From NCBI RefSeq assembly GCF_044790785.1, contig NZ_CP085258.1, forward strand, positions 2,559,689 through 2,623,688: 64,000 bases of DNA, read 5' to 3'. The notes under the pieces were generated by a model. That model saw only the letters and a program-made list of their open reading frames with translations. It searched no databases and was not told where the DNA came from. The DNA comes from Thalassospira australica. GTDB lineage: Bacteria > Pseudomonadota > Alphaproteobacteria > Rhodospirillales > Thalassospiraceae. Position numbers and translations under genes: made by a program. This document shows, one piece after another, positions 39,705-48,749 of this stretch (its first letter is position 1; each line of letters begins with the position of its first letter).

Positions 39705-40787
39705 ATGACGTCCATCATCGCCCCTGATCCCGGGCGTAAAGATATTTATCAGGCTTTCGACCTGATATCCTCCTGGCCGGAATATCGCCAAAGCCCGCTG
39801 ATCCGGGCAACGGGTCTTGCCCGCGAACTGGGTCTTGGCACTGTCTGGGTCAAGGATGAAAGCAAACGGTTCGGCCTTGGCGGGGTCAAGGCGCTTGGCG
39901 CGCCCTATGGCCTGAAACAGCAGCTTTTAAAACGCGGCCTGACACCCGGAAGCCCCATGTGCGCGGGCTATACCGCCGTTGCCGCAACCGATGGCAATCA
40001 CGGCCTTGCCGTGGCATGGGCGGCCCAAAAATTCGGCTGTCATGCGCGGATCTATGTCGGCACAGAGGTCGATCAGGCCCGCATTGCCCGCATCACCGAT
40101 AACGGGGCTGAAATCGTCCGGGTGGATGGCACCTATGACGATGCGGTTCTTGCCGCCGAAAATGCCGCACAATCACCCGACGTCCTTCTGATCACCGATA
40201 CCGACTATGGCCATGCGCTCGACGTCACACGCGACATCATGGCGGGTTATGCGGTTCTCGGCATCGAATGCGCCCGGCAGCTCCGGGCTGAAAACATCAC
40301 CCCGGATCATGTTTTCCTGCAATGCGGGGTGGGCGGCATGGCAGCAGGTTGCGCCATCGGCCTTTGGCATGAAAGCGGCCAGAAACCGAATGTCTGCACG
40401 GTCGAGGCAACAAACGCCGCCTGCATTCAGCAAAGCCTTGCAACCGGCGAACTGACATCGGTGCCGGGCAAGCTCCTGACCCGCATGATCGGACTGTCCT
40501 GTGGCAAACCGAGTCTCCCGGCGTTTGAAATCCTGCGCGAAGTATCCACCCATAGCATCGCGATTGACGATGACGTCGCCCTGCTGGTCCAAAACACGCT
40601 TTCCGCCGGGATCAACGGCGACGCCCCGCTTGAAACATGGGATACCGGCATTGCAGGCATCGCCGGGCTGTGGCATGTGGCAAAAAACCACGATCTTCGC
40701 ACCCGTTTTGGCCTGAATGCCCAAACCAACGTGCTCGTGATCAACAGCGAAGGCCCTATTCCGCTGCCATACCGTACAAATATCTGA
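39705..40787 (+). CDS. diaminopropionate ammonia-lyase family PLP-dependent enzyme (YgeX/DpaL-like)
   Basis: VWVKDESKRFGLGGVKALGA and TDGNHGLAVAWAAQKFG closely parallel E. coli YgeX (KDESKRFGLNAFKMLGG; TDGNHGRGVAWAA). The Lys in GGVKALG is the PLP lysine. Confidence 0.65.
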   Translation: MTSIIAPDPGRKDIYQAFDLISSWPEYRQSPLIRATGLARELGLGTVWVKDESKRFGLGGVKALGAPYGLKQQLLKRGLTPGSPMCAGYTAVAATDGNHGLAVAWAAQKFGCHARIYVGTEVDQARIARITDNGAEIVRVDGTYDDAVLAAENAAQSPDVLLITDTDYGHALDVTRDIMAGYAVLGIECARQLRAENITPDHVFLQCGVGGMAAGCAIGLWHESGQKPNVCTVEATNAACIQQSLATGELTSVPGKLLTRMIGLSCGKPSLPAFEILREVSTHSIAIDDDVALLVQNTLSAGINGDAPLETWDTGIAGIAGLWHVAKNHDLRTRFGLNAQTNVLVINSEGPIPLPYRTNI

Positions 40788-40826
40788 ATTCTTTCGACGC
40801 GAAAAAGGCTTTCGGTTATGCCCCCA

Positions 40827-40847
40827 ACTGGACAGCGACTGGACAGC
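40827..40847. promoter_or_regulatory. tandem direct repeat (ACTGGACAGC x2, 11-bp register) upstream of ABC exporter operon; candidate operator
   Basis: actggacagc at 40827-40836 and again at 40838-40847, about 65 bp upstream of ATG 40912. A TACAAT -10-like hexamer lies downstream (~40871). Confidence 0.3.
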
Positions 40848-40911
40848 CCTGCCGGGCACCGGTACAGTCGCGTACAATGACCACATCGGGTTCTATGGGG
40901 ACTGCAAACAA

Positions 40912-42561
40912 ATGAAATTGCTCGAACTGTTGTCTTGGGGGGATAACAGACTGATGGCCCGGCTTGCACTTGCCGGCGGGCTATCGGGTGCGGGCAGTGC
41001 GGTTCTGCTGGGTCTGGTCAATGCCGCCGCCGAAGGCATTGCCGATGACGGTGTTGACCGGGTTGACTGGCTTCTGGCGGGCGGCTTTATTGCCCTTGCC
41101 GTGGTCTATTTCCTCGCCGAGGTTTTCCTGCTTGCCAACATCTCGACCCAGATCGAACAGGGCATCGACAAGGTGCGGCGAAAACTGCTGGATCAGATCG
41201 CCCGTGCCGACTTTGCCCGGCTTGAAACCTTCGGACAGGCCCGCCTGTTTGACAGCATCACCCAAAGCACTCAGGTCATTTCGCAGAACTCGCACATGAT
41301 CGGCATGTCGTTCCGCTCCCTTCTGCTGGTGGTTGCGGTCATGATCTATGTCTTCTGGCTCTCCACGCTGGCCTTTTTCCTGATCGTGCTGGTGATCGGG
41401 GCCGGGATTGTCATTTACCTGCGCATGGGCAAACAGCTCGGCATGTGGTTTGGCAAACTCCATCTCGCCGAAACCAGCCTGTTTGGCAAGGTCGCTGATC
41501 TGTTTTCGGGCATCCGCGAAGTCCGCATGTGGTCATCGCGCAGCAGCACCCTTTTCAATGCCTTTTCGGAAAATTCGCTGCAAAAGGAACAGATCACGGC
41601 GGAAACCCACAGCCTGATGTTCCGTCAGATGATCATGGGCATGACCGCCTTTTATGTCCTGCTGGCGGTGATCGTCTTTATCGTGCCGGTCTATACCGAT
41701 AATTTCGGCTCCACGGTTTCCAAGGTCAGCACCGCCGTCCTGTTCATGATCGGCCCGATCAGCACCGTGGTGCAGGCAATGGCGGTTCTGGGGTCGGCGG
41801 AACAGGCCGCCGCGCGCATGGTCACGCTGTCAAAGGATCTGGACGAAATTGCCGAACCGATTGACGAAAACGGCACAAAGCTGCCCGATACATTTACGAA
41901 CATCGCGTTTGATGACGTCTGCTTTACCTATCCCAACCGCGACCCGCGCCACGGCTTTGTTCTTGGCCCGATCAGCCTTGCGGTTAAAAAGGGCGAACTG
42001 ATTTTCATCACCGGCGGCAACGGGGCAGGCAAATCCACCCTGATCAAACTTCTGACCGCTCTTTATCGCCCGGTATCGGGTGCCATCCGGTTTGACGATA
42101 TCCAGCTTGGCGCGCAAAATATCGCCTCCTTCCGCGATAAAATCGCCACCGTGTTTTCCGATTTCCATCTGTTTTCGGAATTGCACGGATCGGCTGAAAT
42201 TGATCCCGACGAAGCAGATTACTGGCTCAACCTATTTGAACTGTCCCACGTGACGGGTATTCGCGACGGCAAATTTGTTTCCATCGCCCTGTCGGCCGGG
42301 CAACGCAAACGGCTTGGCCTGATCACCGCCATTCTCGAACATCGCCCGATCCTTGTTCTCGATGAATGGGCCGCCGATCAGGACCCCTATTTCCGTAAAA
42401 AGTTTTATTACGAAATCCTGCCACAGATCAAAGCACGCGGCACAACCATCATCGCCGTCACCCATGACGACCATTATTTCGATGCCGCCGACCGCCGCCT
42501 GCACCTTGAATCCGGCACCCTGCACGAACTCGACCGCAACGACCCGCGTGGAAGGATCTGA
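40912..42561 (+). CDS. cyclic-peptide-type ABC exporter (fused TMD-NBD; SyrD/PvdE/YojI family), subunit 1
   Basis: 6-TM N-terminal domain. Walker A GGNGAGKST, signature LSAGQRKRLGLI, Walker B LVLDEWAADQD. Confidence 0.8.
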   Translation: MKLLELLSWGDNRLMARLALAGGLSGAGSAVLLGLVNAAAEGIADDGVDRVDWLLAGGFIALAVVYFLAEVFLLANISTQIEQGIDKVRRKLLDQIARADFARLETFGQARLFDSITQSTQVISQNSHMIGMSFRSLLLVVAVMIYVFWLSTLAFFLIVLVIGAGIVIYLRMGKQLGMWFGKLHLAETSLFGKVADLFSGIREVRMWSSRSSTLFNAFSENSLQKEQITAETHSLMFRQMIMGMTAFYVLLAVIVFIVPVYTDNFGSTVSKVSTAVLFMIGPISTVVQAMAVLGSAEQAAARMVTLSKDLDEIAEPIDENGTKLPDTFTNIAFDDVCFTYPNRDPRHGFVLGPISLAVKKGELIFITGGNGAGKSTLIKLLTALYRPVSGAIRFDDIQLGAQNIASFRDKIATVFSDFHLFSELHGSAEIDPDEADYWLNLFELSHVTGIRDGKFVSIALSAGQRKRLGLITAILEHRPILVLDEWAADQDPYFRKKFYYEILPQIKARGTTIIAVTHDDHYFDAADRRLHLESGTLHELDRNDPRGRI

Positions 42562-42563
42562 TC

Positions 42564-44237
42564 ATGCTGCTCATTGATCTTCTGCGATCCAGAACCCGCA
42601 TCGATCTGCGGCATGCCGTTGGCCTGCTGTCGCTGGCATCGATTGCCACCACCATGGTGCTGATCATCGTCAATCTGGCCGCCGAACAGGCCGAAGACGG
42701 CGTGGCCAGCATGCGCTATCTCGGCCTGATGGCCCTGTCGCTGATCGGCTATATCTGGGCCCAGAAAAAATCCAGCGACATGATCGCCGCCGAGGTGGAA
42801 CACATCCTCCATCAACTCCGCCTCAGCCTGTTTGACCGTGTGCGAAATGCCGCTCCCGATACGCTGGCCAAGGTCGGACAGGGCGCGGTTCAAACCGCAC
42901 TCACCCAGGAAATGCAAACCGTATCGGCCGCCCTGCCCCTGATGCTGAACGGCGTGCAGCAGGTGGTCCTGATCATCTGTGTCGCGGCCTATCTCGCATG
43001 GCTGTCGACCTTTGCCTTTGTGATGATTTCCGTTCTGGCCGTTGTGGTTTCAACCATCCATCTGCAACGCATGCGTAAAATCAACGCCGCCACCCGTGAC
43101 GCGATTGATGATGAAAACCTGCTTTTTGGTGGCCTGACCGATCTGTTGCACGGCTTCAAGGAAGTCAAAATGAACAGTCGGCGTCGCGATGCGCTGCTCG
43201 GCGCACTCAATGACCGTTCCATCCGCGCGCGCGACACCAAATCCGTGGTCAAGGCCCAATGGTCGCGTGAATTCGCCCTGATCCAGTTGGCCTTCTACGG
43301 GATGATGGCGGCAATGGTATTCATCGTTCCGATCTTCACATCGGATTATCATGACGTTGCCGTGCAAACCACGACCGCGGCCCTGTTCATGATCGGCCCG
43401 ATCGGGGCCGTGGTTGCCTCTGTCCCCAGCTTCACCGATTCCGATGTGGCGCTCCGCAAGATCAATGATATCGATCACCAGCTCGAAGACGCCCTTGACG
43501 CCCAACATGCCCAAGAGGCCACCAACGGCACGTCATCGCCCGAAACCCTTGATAAATTGCGCGGTGCCCTTGGCAATATCGCCGAAATCAGCCTGCGCGA
43601 CGTTCGTTTCGCCTATCCCGGCACGACCGATAGCCCCGGCTTTGCCGTCGGCCCGATCAATGCCACCTTCAAAAAGGGCGAAATCACCTTTATCACCGGC
43701 GGCAACGGGGCTGGCAAATCAACCATCATCGCCGTTCTGACCGGCCTTCGCCCGGCGGCAAGCGGTTCGATCATGGTCAATGACTGCCCGCTCCCGACCG
43801 ACGCCTTGCAGCTTTATCGCGATCATTTCGCGACCGTGCTCTCGGACTATCACCTGTTTCGCGAACTGTACGGCATGGATGATATCGATCCCAAACGGGT
43901 TGAAACCCTGCTTAAACAGATGGAAATCAATGACAAGGTCGAACTGGATGACAATGCCTTTTCAACGACGTCGCTGTCACAGGGGCAACGCAAACGCCTT
44001 GCCCTGATCGCGGCCCTGCTCGAAGAAAAGCCGGTTCTTGTCCTTGATGAATGGGCCGCCGATCAGGACCCGCATTTCCGCTCGGTCTTCTATGAAAAAA
44101 TCCTGCCGTCCTTGCGCAAGCAGGGCAAGATCATCATCTGCGTGACCCATGATGACCGCTGGTTTGACACCGCCGATACCATCTATCACGTCCGCGACGG
44201 CGAATTTGTCGACGGGCGTCAAACCACCTCCGCCTGA
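42564..44237 (+). CDS. cyclic-peptide-type ABC exporter (fused TMD-NBD), subunit 2 (paralog)
   Basis: Same architecture. GGNGAGKST, LSQGQRKRLALI, LVLDEWAADQD. ATG 3 nt after the upstream stop. Confidence 0.8.
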   Translation: MLLIDLLRSRTRIDLRHAVGLLSLASIATTMVLIIVNLAAEQAEDGVASMRYLGLMALSLIGYIWAQKKSSDMIAAEVEHILHQLRLSLFDRVRNAAPDTLAKVGQGAVQTALTQEMQTVSAALPLMLNGVQQVVLIICVAAYLAWLSTFAFVMISVLAVVVSTIHLQRMRKINAATRDAIDDENLLFGGLTDLLHGFKEVKMNSRRRDALLGALNDRSIRARDTKSVVKAQWSREFALIQLAFYGMMAAMVFIVPIFTSDYHDVAVQTTTAALFMIGPIGAVVASVPSFTDSDVALRKINDIDHQLEDALDAQHAQEATNGTSSPETLDKLRGALGNIAEISLRDVRFAYPGTTDSPGFAVGPINATFKKGEITFITGGNGAGKSTIIAVLTGLRPAASGSIMVNDCPLPTDALQLYRDHFATVLSDYHLFRELYGMDDIDPKRVETLLKQMEINDKVELDDNAFSTTSLSQGQRKRLALIAALLEEKPVLVLDEWAADQDPHFRSVFYEKILPSLRKQGKIIICVTHDDRWFDTADTIYHVRDGEFVDGRQTTSA

Positions 44238-44241
44238 TCCG

Positions 44242-44982
44242 TCACGCCACCATCAGCGCATCCCCGACCACGCGCACGATGTCATCCCCGGCATTGCGCA
44301 GGAAAAAATGCCCGCCGGGCAAAACATGCTTGGCAAAATCACCCGTGGTTGCCACGGCCCAGTCGTCCAATTCGTCGGGCACCGGGTTCGGGTCATCTGC
44401 CCCGCCAAAGGCGGTAATCGGGCAGGAAAGCCGTGGCAGTCCGGTCGACACCGCGGTTTCCGACAATCTGAAATCCGCCCGAAGGCCGGGTTCAAACAAC
44501 GCGCGATATTCCGCATTTTCCAGAATTTCGCTGGGCGTCCCGCCATAATTGGCAATCCCCTGCCAGAAATCCTCTGACGACAGATGATGTAACGGCGCCC
44601 GATGCCCGGCCACATTCGGCCCGCGCCGTGCCGCAACAAACAGATGAACCGGCGTTGCCATCCCCGCCTGTTGCAAATGACACGCCAGATGATGGGAAAT
44701 CAGCGCCCCCATCGAATAACCGAAAAACGCAAATGGCCGATCCATAACCGGCTTTAATCCCTCGGCCACCGCCGCAACCATATCCGAAAGATCATCAATC
44801 ACCGGATCGCCAAACCGCTGTTCGCGCCCCGGCAAATTGACCGGCACCACATCGATGTCATCGGGGAATTGTGTCAGCCACGGCCGATAGGCCAATGCCC
44901 CGCCCCCGGCAAACGGAAAACAGAACAGCCGCAACCGCGTCCCCGCCGTGATGCTCTGACCGACCCAGACATTTTGCGTCAT
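44242..44982 (-). CDS. type II (editing) thioesterase
   Basis: alpha/beta-hydrolase GYSMGALISHH (GxSxG), LFCFPFAGGG, LPGGHFF. ATG MTQNVW at rc 44980-44982 with GGAAAG SD; the ORF track extends to a TTG at 45000. Confidence 0.8.
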   Translation of the reverse strand: MTQNVWVGQSITAGTRLRLFCFPFAGGGALAYRPWLTQFPDDIDVVPVNLPGREQRFGDPVIDDLSDMVAAVAEGLKPVMDRPFAFFGYSMGALISHHLACHLQQAGMATPVHLFVAARRGPNVAGHRAPLHHLSSEDFWQGIANYGGTPSEILENAEYRALFEPGLRADFRLSETAVSTGLPRLSCPITAFGGADDPNPVPDELDDWAVATTGDFAKHVLPGGHFFLRNAGDDIVRVVGDALMVA

Positions 44983-45040
44983 GTTTCTTTCCGTCCCCAA
45001 TTGCCGACTGCTTTACCTGTCGCAATATTATCGCGCAATT

Positions 45041-45583
45041 TCAAGCCGCTAAACGCGCCAGCGCGCCGGAAAACCCATCCATGGTTTCAATCGCAATCAA
45101 TGTGGCCTGTGCCTGTGCCTGCGGGTCGGTTTCGCCCGTCGCCTTGAATGCCGCCTCGTAATCGCACCAGCCCTGATAAAAATCCCCGCCCTTCGCATCC
45201 CCGTCAAACAGCCAGCGCGACAATGCCTCGATATCACGGCTCGGATCGCGATACTCGATATCGATGCCGATCATGGCATCCGGGTCTTTGGCTATCGCCA
45301 CCGCCACAAGATCGCGGCTGTGACTGATGCTCGCACAATGGGTCACACCATCGATGATCAAGCCCGGCTGACCCGAACTTTGCCGCACGGTTTCATATGC
45401 CGCCTCACCCGCAATATCGGGCCACATATACCGTCCAAGATCACCCAGCATCTGCCACCCGCGTGCAGAACTTTGCCGCCGCCGTTTCGCCCGGTCACCC
45501 TGCAAATCATCCATCCGCCACCAGCACCAAAAAACGGTGCCGTCAAAGGCGCTTTGAACATTGAAAATAGCGGAATTTTTCAT
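45041..45583 (-). CDS. second 4'-phosphopantetheinyl transferase (EntD/AcpT-like, short)
   Basis: ASISHSRDLVAVAIA, IGIDIE (GxDxE) and WCDYEAAFKATGE (WxxxEAxxKA) motifs. Probable start MKNSAIF; the ORF track extends to 45625. Confidence 0.6.
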   Translation of the reverse strand: MKNSAIFNVQSAFDGTVFWCWWRMDDLQGDRAKRRRQSSARGWQMLGDLGRYMWPDIAGEAAYETVRQSSGQPGLIIDGVTHCASISHSRDLVAVAIAKDPDAMIGIDIEYRDPSRDIEALSRWLFDGDAKGGDFYQGWCDYEAAFKATGETDPQAQAQATLIAIETMDGFSGALARLAA

Positions 45584-45706
45584 ATACCCGGCAAGTTTTG
45601 GTTGTGCGGTTGGCGGTAAGTTCATTAAACCTGATATACCTTGCCCGGTTCGGGCAGATGATCCTTGTCGATTACAGAAATAATATCAACAAAAGGCAGG
45701 TTGGAT

Positions 45707-46108
45707 ATGCGCAGTTTGAAATTTGCAGTCGTCGGTTTGCTGGCACTTGTTGTTGCCGCATGCCGCACCGCCCCGGTTCAGAATGTCACGAGTCAGCCCT
45801 TCCCGGCTGATGCGGCAAAGCTCAGCATGGCACAGATCGAAGAAAGCATCATCAAGGCCGCCGGTGAACGCGAATGGATTGTTCAGCGTAAAGCCGACGG
45901 CGAACTGATCGCGACCTATTCCCCGCGTGACCACCTTGCCAAGGTCGAAATCGATTTCGATCAGTCCGAATTTTCGATTTCCTATGTCGACAGCACCAAC
46001 CTGAATTATGATGGGACTTCGATCCATTACAATTACAATCGCTGGGTCAACAATCTGCGACAGGATATCTTGCGCGAGGTATCGGCAAAGGCCGCCCTCG
46101 CCAACTAG
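45707..46108 (+). CDS. lipoprotein, hypothetical
   Basis: Signal peptide with lipobox LVVAAC (MRSLKFAVVGLLALVVAAC). Confidence 0.5.
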   Translation: MRSLKFAVVGLLALVVAACRTAPVQNVTSQPFPADAAKLSMAQIEESIIKAAGEREWIVQRKADGELIATYSPRDHLAKVEIDFDQSEFSISYVDSTNLNYDGTSIHYNYNRWVNNLRQDILREVSAKAALAN

Positions 46109-46110
46109 GT

Positions 46111-46860
46111 TTGGATATGAGTTTGCTGCACGCCAGAATTTCGCACTGGGCGTTTTGGGAAGACCGCGACGAACACGCGGTTCTGAAATCCGGCGCATCC
46201 GGGCACATCGCCGTCCCGATTGACGGTATGAACAATGCCAATCTGGCGCGCAGCCTCAAACCTGCCTGGCGGCGGCGTCTTGACCTCTATGGCCGCGCCG
46301 CTGCCGAGGTGCTGGGCCATACCATCCGTGATGGCGACAACCCGCATATCGTTTTTGCCTCGCGCCACGGCAATATTGATCGAACCCTGAAACTCCTCCA
46401 TCAGGTCGCGACCAACGAAACCCTCTCCCCCGCCGATTTCAGCATGTCGGTGCATAACGCGCTGGTCGGGGTTGCCTCGATCAACTGGTCGATCACCCAA
46501 AGCCACACCGCCATTTCGGCTGGAAATGACAGCCTGATCGCCGCCCTCACCGAAACATTATGCCAACTCACAAGCGAGGATGGCCCGGTCATCCTGTGCT
46601 ATGTTGATCTGCCGCTGCCCGATATTTACGACGATAACGACCCCGACGACATTTCCGGCACCGCCCTTGCCATCCGGTTTGATCAACCGACTGAGCCGGA
46701 AGGCGAAATGTTCCGGTTCGATCCGATCGCCGATCATGATCCCGCCGTCCAGCCCCACCGACAGGCCCGCGCCATCGCCGCCTGCCTTGGCACACCGTCA
46801 AAAACCGGGTTGAACCTGCCGGGGAAATCCGGCGGCTGGGCAATGCAACCGCATGGCTGA
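46111..46860 (+). CDS. APE-type KS chain-length-factor-like protein (KS N-terminal-like, no catalytic Cys)
   Basis: About 250 aa, first gene of the coupled operon. Resembles the small KS/CLF-like partner protein of aryl-polyene clusters. TTG at 46111 or ATG at 46117. Confidence 0.5.
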   Translation: MDMSLLHARISHWAFWEDRDEHAVLKSGASGHIAVPIDGMNNANLARSLKPAWRRRLDLYGRAAAEVLGHTIRDGDNPHIVFASRHGNIDRTLKLLHQVATNETLSPADFSMSVHNALVGVASINWSITQSHTAISAGNDSLIAALTETLCQLTSEDGPVILCYVDLPLPDIYDDNDPDDISGTALAIRFDQPTEPEGEMFRFDPIADHDPAVQPHRQARAIAACLGTPSKTGLNLPGKSGGWAMQPHG

Positions 46861-47680
46861 TAAACACGGTATCCCGGCACGGCTATCAAGGGGCGTTAAC
46901 TGGTACTGGCGGTTGCTGGCGACCGGCTTTGCCTTTTTATTCTTCGGGTTGGGCGGGCTTTTGATGGCCATCACCATTTTCCCCGCCATGATGATCATCC
47001 TGCGCGACCGCGCCAAACGCCGCCAATATGCCCAGTTTGTCATCTGTCGCGGTTTTCGCGTCTTTGTCTGGATGCTTGATGTCACCGGGGTTGCCGTCGC
47101 CCAGACCGAAAATATCGAACGCCTGCGTTCCGCACGCGGCGCACTGATCATCGCCAATCACCCGACATTACTTGATGTCGTGATGATTTTGGCGCAGATG
47201 GATCGCTGCCAGTGTGTGGTCAAACATCAACTGTTTCGCAATCCGTTCATGGCCGGTGTGGTGCGCGCGGCCGGTTTCATTCGCAACAATGATGACCCGA
47301 AAAACCTGATATCGCAGGCGCGCGATCATCTTTCGGCCGGTGCGTGTATCCTGATTTTCCCCGAAGGTACGCGCACCCCCAGCCGCCGCAAACTGGGCCA
47401 ATTGCAACGCGGGGTAGCGAATATCGCGATAGAAACACAAGTCGACTTGATTCCTGTGGTTGTGCACTGTAATCACGATACCCTGAAAAAGGGGGTACCG
47501 TGGTATCGCATTCCGCCGTCGAAAATCCGTTTTCGCCTCGTGGTCGATGCACCGCTATCATTTGGGGACATTGCTGATCCGACACTAAGCCGCGCCAGAC
47601 AGGCGCGTTTGCTGACCCGGATCATCAAGGATTATTATCTGGATAGACTGACGCATGACTTCGCTGGAAACAGAACTTAA
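46853..47680 (+). CDS. lysophospholipid/glycerol-3-phosphate acyltransferase (PlsC/LPLAT family)
   Basis: H(X)4D motif NHPTLLD, FPEGTR, N-terminal TM. Confidence 0.75.
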   Translation: MADKHGIPARLSRGVNWYWRLLATGFAFLFFGLGGLLMAITIFPAMMIILRDRAKRRQYAQFVICRGFRVFVWMLDVTGVAVAQTENIERLRSARGALIIANHPTLLDVVMILAQMDRCQCVVKHQLFRNPFMAGVVRAAGFIRNNDDPKNLISQARDHLSAGACILIFPEGTRTPSRRKLGQLQRGVANIAIETQVDLIPVVVHCNHDTLKKGVPWYRIPPSKIRFRLVVDAPLSFGDIADPTLSRARQARLLTRIIKDYYLDRLTHDFAGNRT

Positions 47681-47918
47681 AGCCTTCATTATCGAGACAC
47701 TTAATCTCGAAGACATAAGTGTCGAGGATATCGACAGCGAAGAAGCCCTGTTTGTCGACGGGCTGGGCCTTGATTCCATTGATGCCCTTGAACTTGGCGT
47801 TGCAATCCAGAAAAAATATGATGTCCGGATCGATGCCAAAAACGAAGATGTCAAAACCCATTTTGCATCGGTGCGCAATCTGGCGACATTCATTCAGGCT
47901 TCGGGAAAGGAGGGGTAA
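47655..47918 (+). CDS. acyl carrier protein 1
   Basis: 87 aa, DGLGLDSIDALEL (DSL-type phosphopantetheine site). Confidence 0.7.
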   Translation: MTSLETELKAFIIETLNLEDISVEDIDSEEALFVDGLGLDSIDALELGVAIQKKYDVRIDAKNEDVKTHFASVRNLATFIQASGKEG

Positions 47919-47920
47919 TC

Positions 47921-48169
47921 ATGCACAGTCGCCAGGACGTTTATCAGCAGCTTCACGATTACCTTGTCGAACTTTTCGAAGTCCCGGCCGAAGATATCAC
48001 CCCTGATGCCCGCCTGTTCGAAGACCTTGACCTCGACAGCATCGATGCCGTCGACCTGATCGTCAAATTCCAGGAAATCACCGGCAAGAAAATCCCGGCC
48101 ATGGAATTCCGGTCTGTCCGCACCGTCGATGACGTCGTCGAGAAGATCCATGACCTGGTCAGCTCCTAA
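47921..48169 (+). CDS. acyl carrier protein 2
   Basis: 82 aa, EDLDLDSIDAVDL. AAGGAGGGG SD 3 nt after the ACP1 stop. Confidence 0.7.
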   Translation: MHSRQDVYQQLHDYLVELFEVPAEDITPDARLFEDLDLDSIDAVDLIVKFQEITGKKIPAMEFRSVRTVDDVVEKIHDLVSS

Positions 48170-48749
48170 ACGGTTCGCGACCATCCTGCTTGCCGTACTG
48201 GGTGTCACCTATCCGGTTCTGGTTTATTTCGGCCTGTCCGTCTTTTCCCCGCAGATCATCCTGATCGGCCTTCTGATCATCGTGCTTTTGCGCGCCGTGA
48301 CATTTGTTTTCGCAAAACGTTATGCCGCCGCCGGTCTTGCGGTTCTGGTCGCAGGCATCGTTACCATCGGCGGCGTTGCAAGCGAACTTCTCGCCATCCG
48401 TTTCTATCCGGTAATCGTCAGCCTGACGATGGGATCGGTCTTTACCGTCACGCTCTTTACCGACAAACCGATGGTCGAACGCCTTGCCCGGATGAGGATG
48501 CCCGATCTTGACGATTACTCGATTGCCTATACCCGCAAACTGACCAAAATCTGGATCGGGTTCTTTGTCACCAATGCGCTGATTGCGGGCTGGACGGCGC
48601 TTTATGCCAATATGGAAATCTGGACGCTGTATAACGGCCTTATTTCCTACATCCTGATGGGCCTATTGTTCATTGGCGAATGGCCGGTCCGGCGCATGCT
48701 CCGTGCCCGCCATGACCGCAAAACCGCAAACGGCACGGAATCCCCATGA
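48150..48749 (+). CDS. integral membrane protein (APE-cluster conserved), hypothetical
   Basis: About 5 predicted TMs. Start ambiguous (ATG 48129 or 48150), overlapping the ACP2 3' end. Confidence 0.5.
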   Translation: MTWSAPKRFATILLAVLGVTYPVLVYFGLSVFSPQIILIGLLIIVLLRAVTFVFAKRYAAAGLAVLVAGIVTIGGVASELLAIRFYPVIVSLTMGSVFTVTLFTDKPMVERLARMRMPDLDDYSIAYTRKLTKIWIGFFVTNALIAGWTALYANMEIWTLYNGLISYILMGLLFIGEWPVRRMLRARHDRKTANGTESP

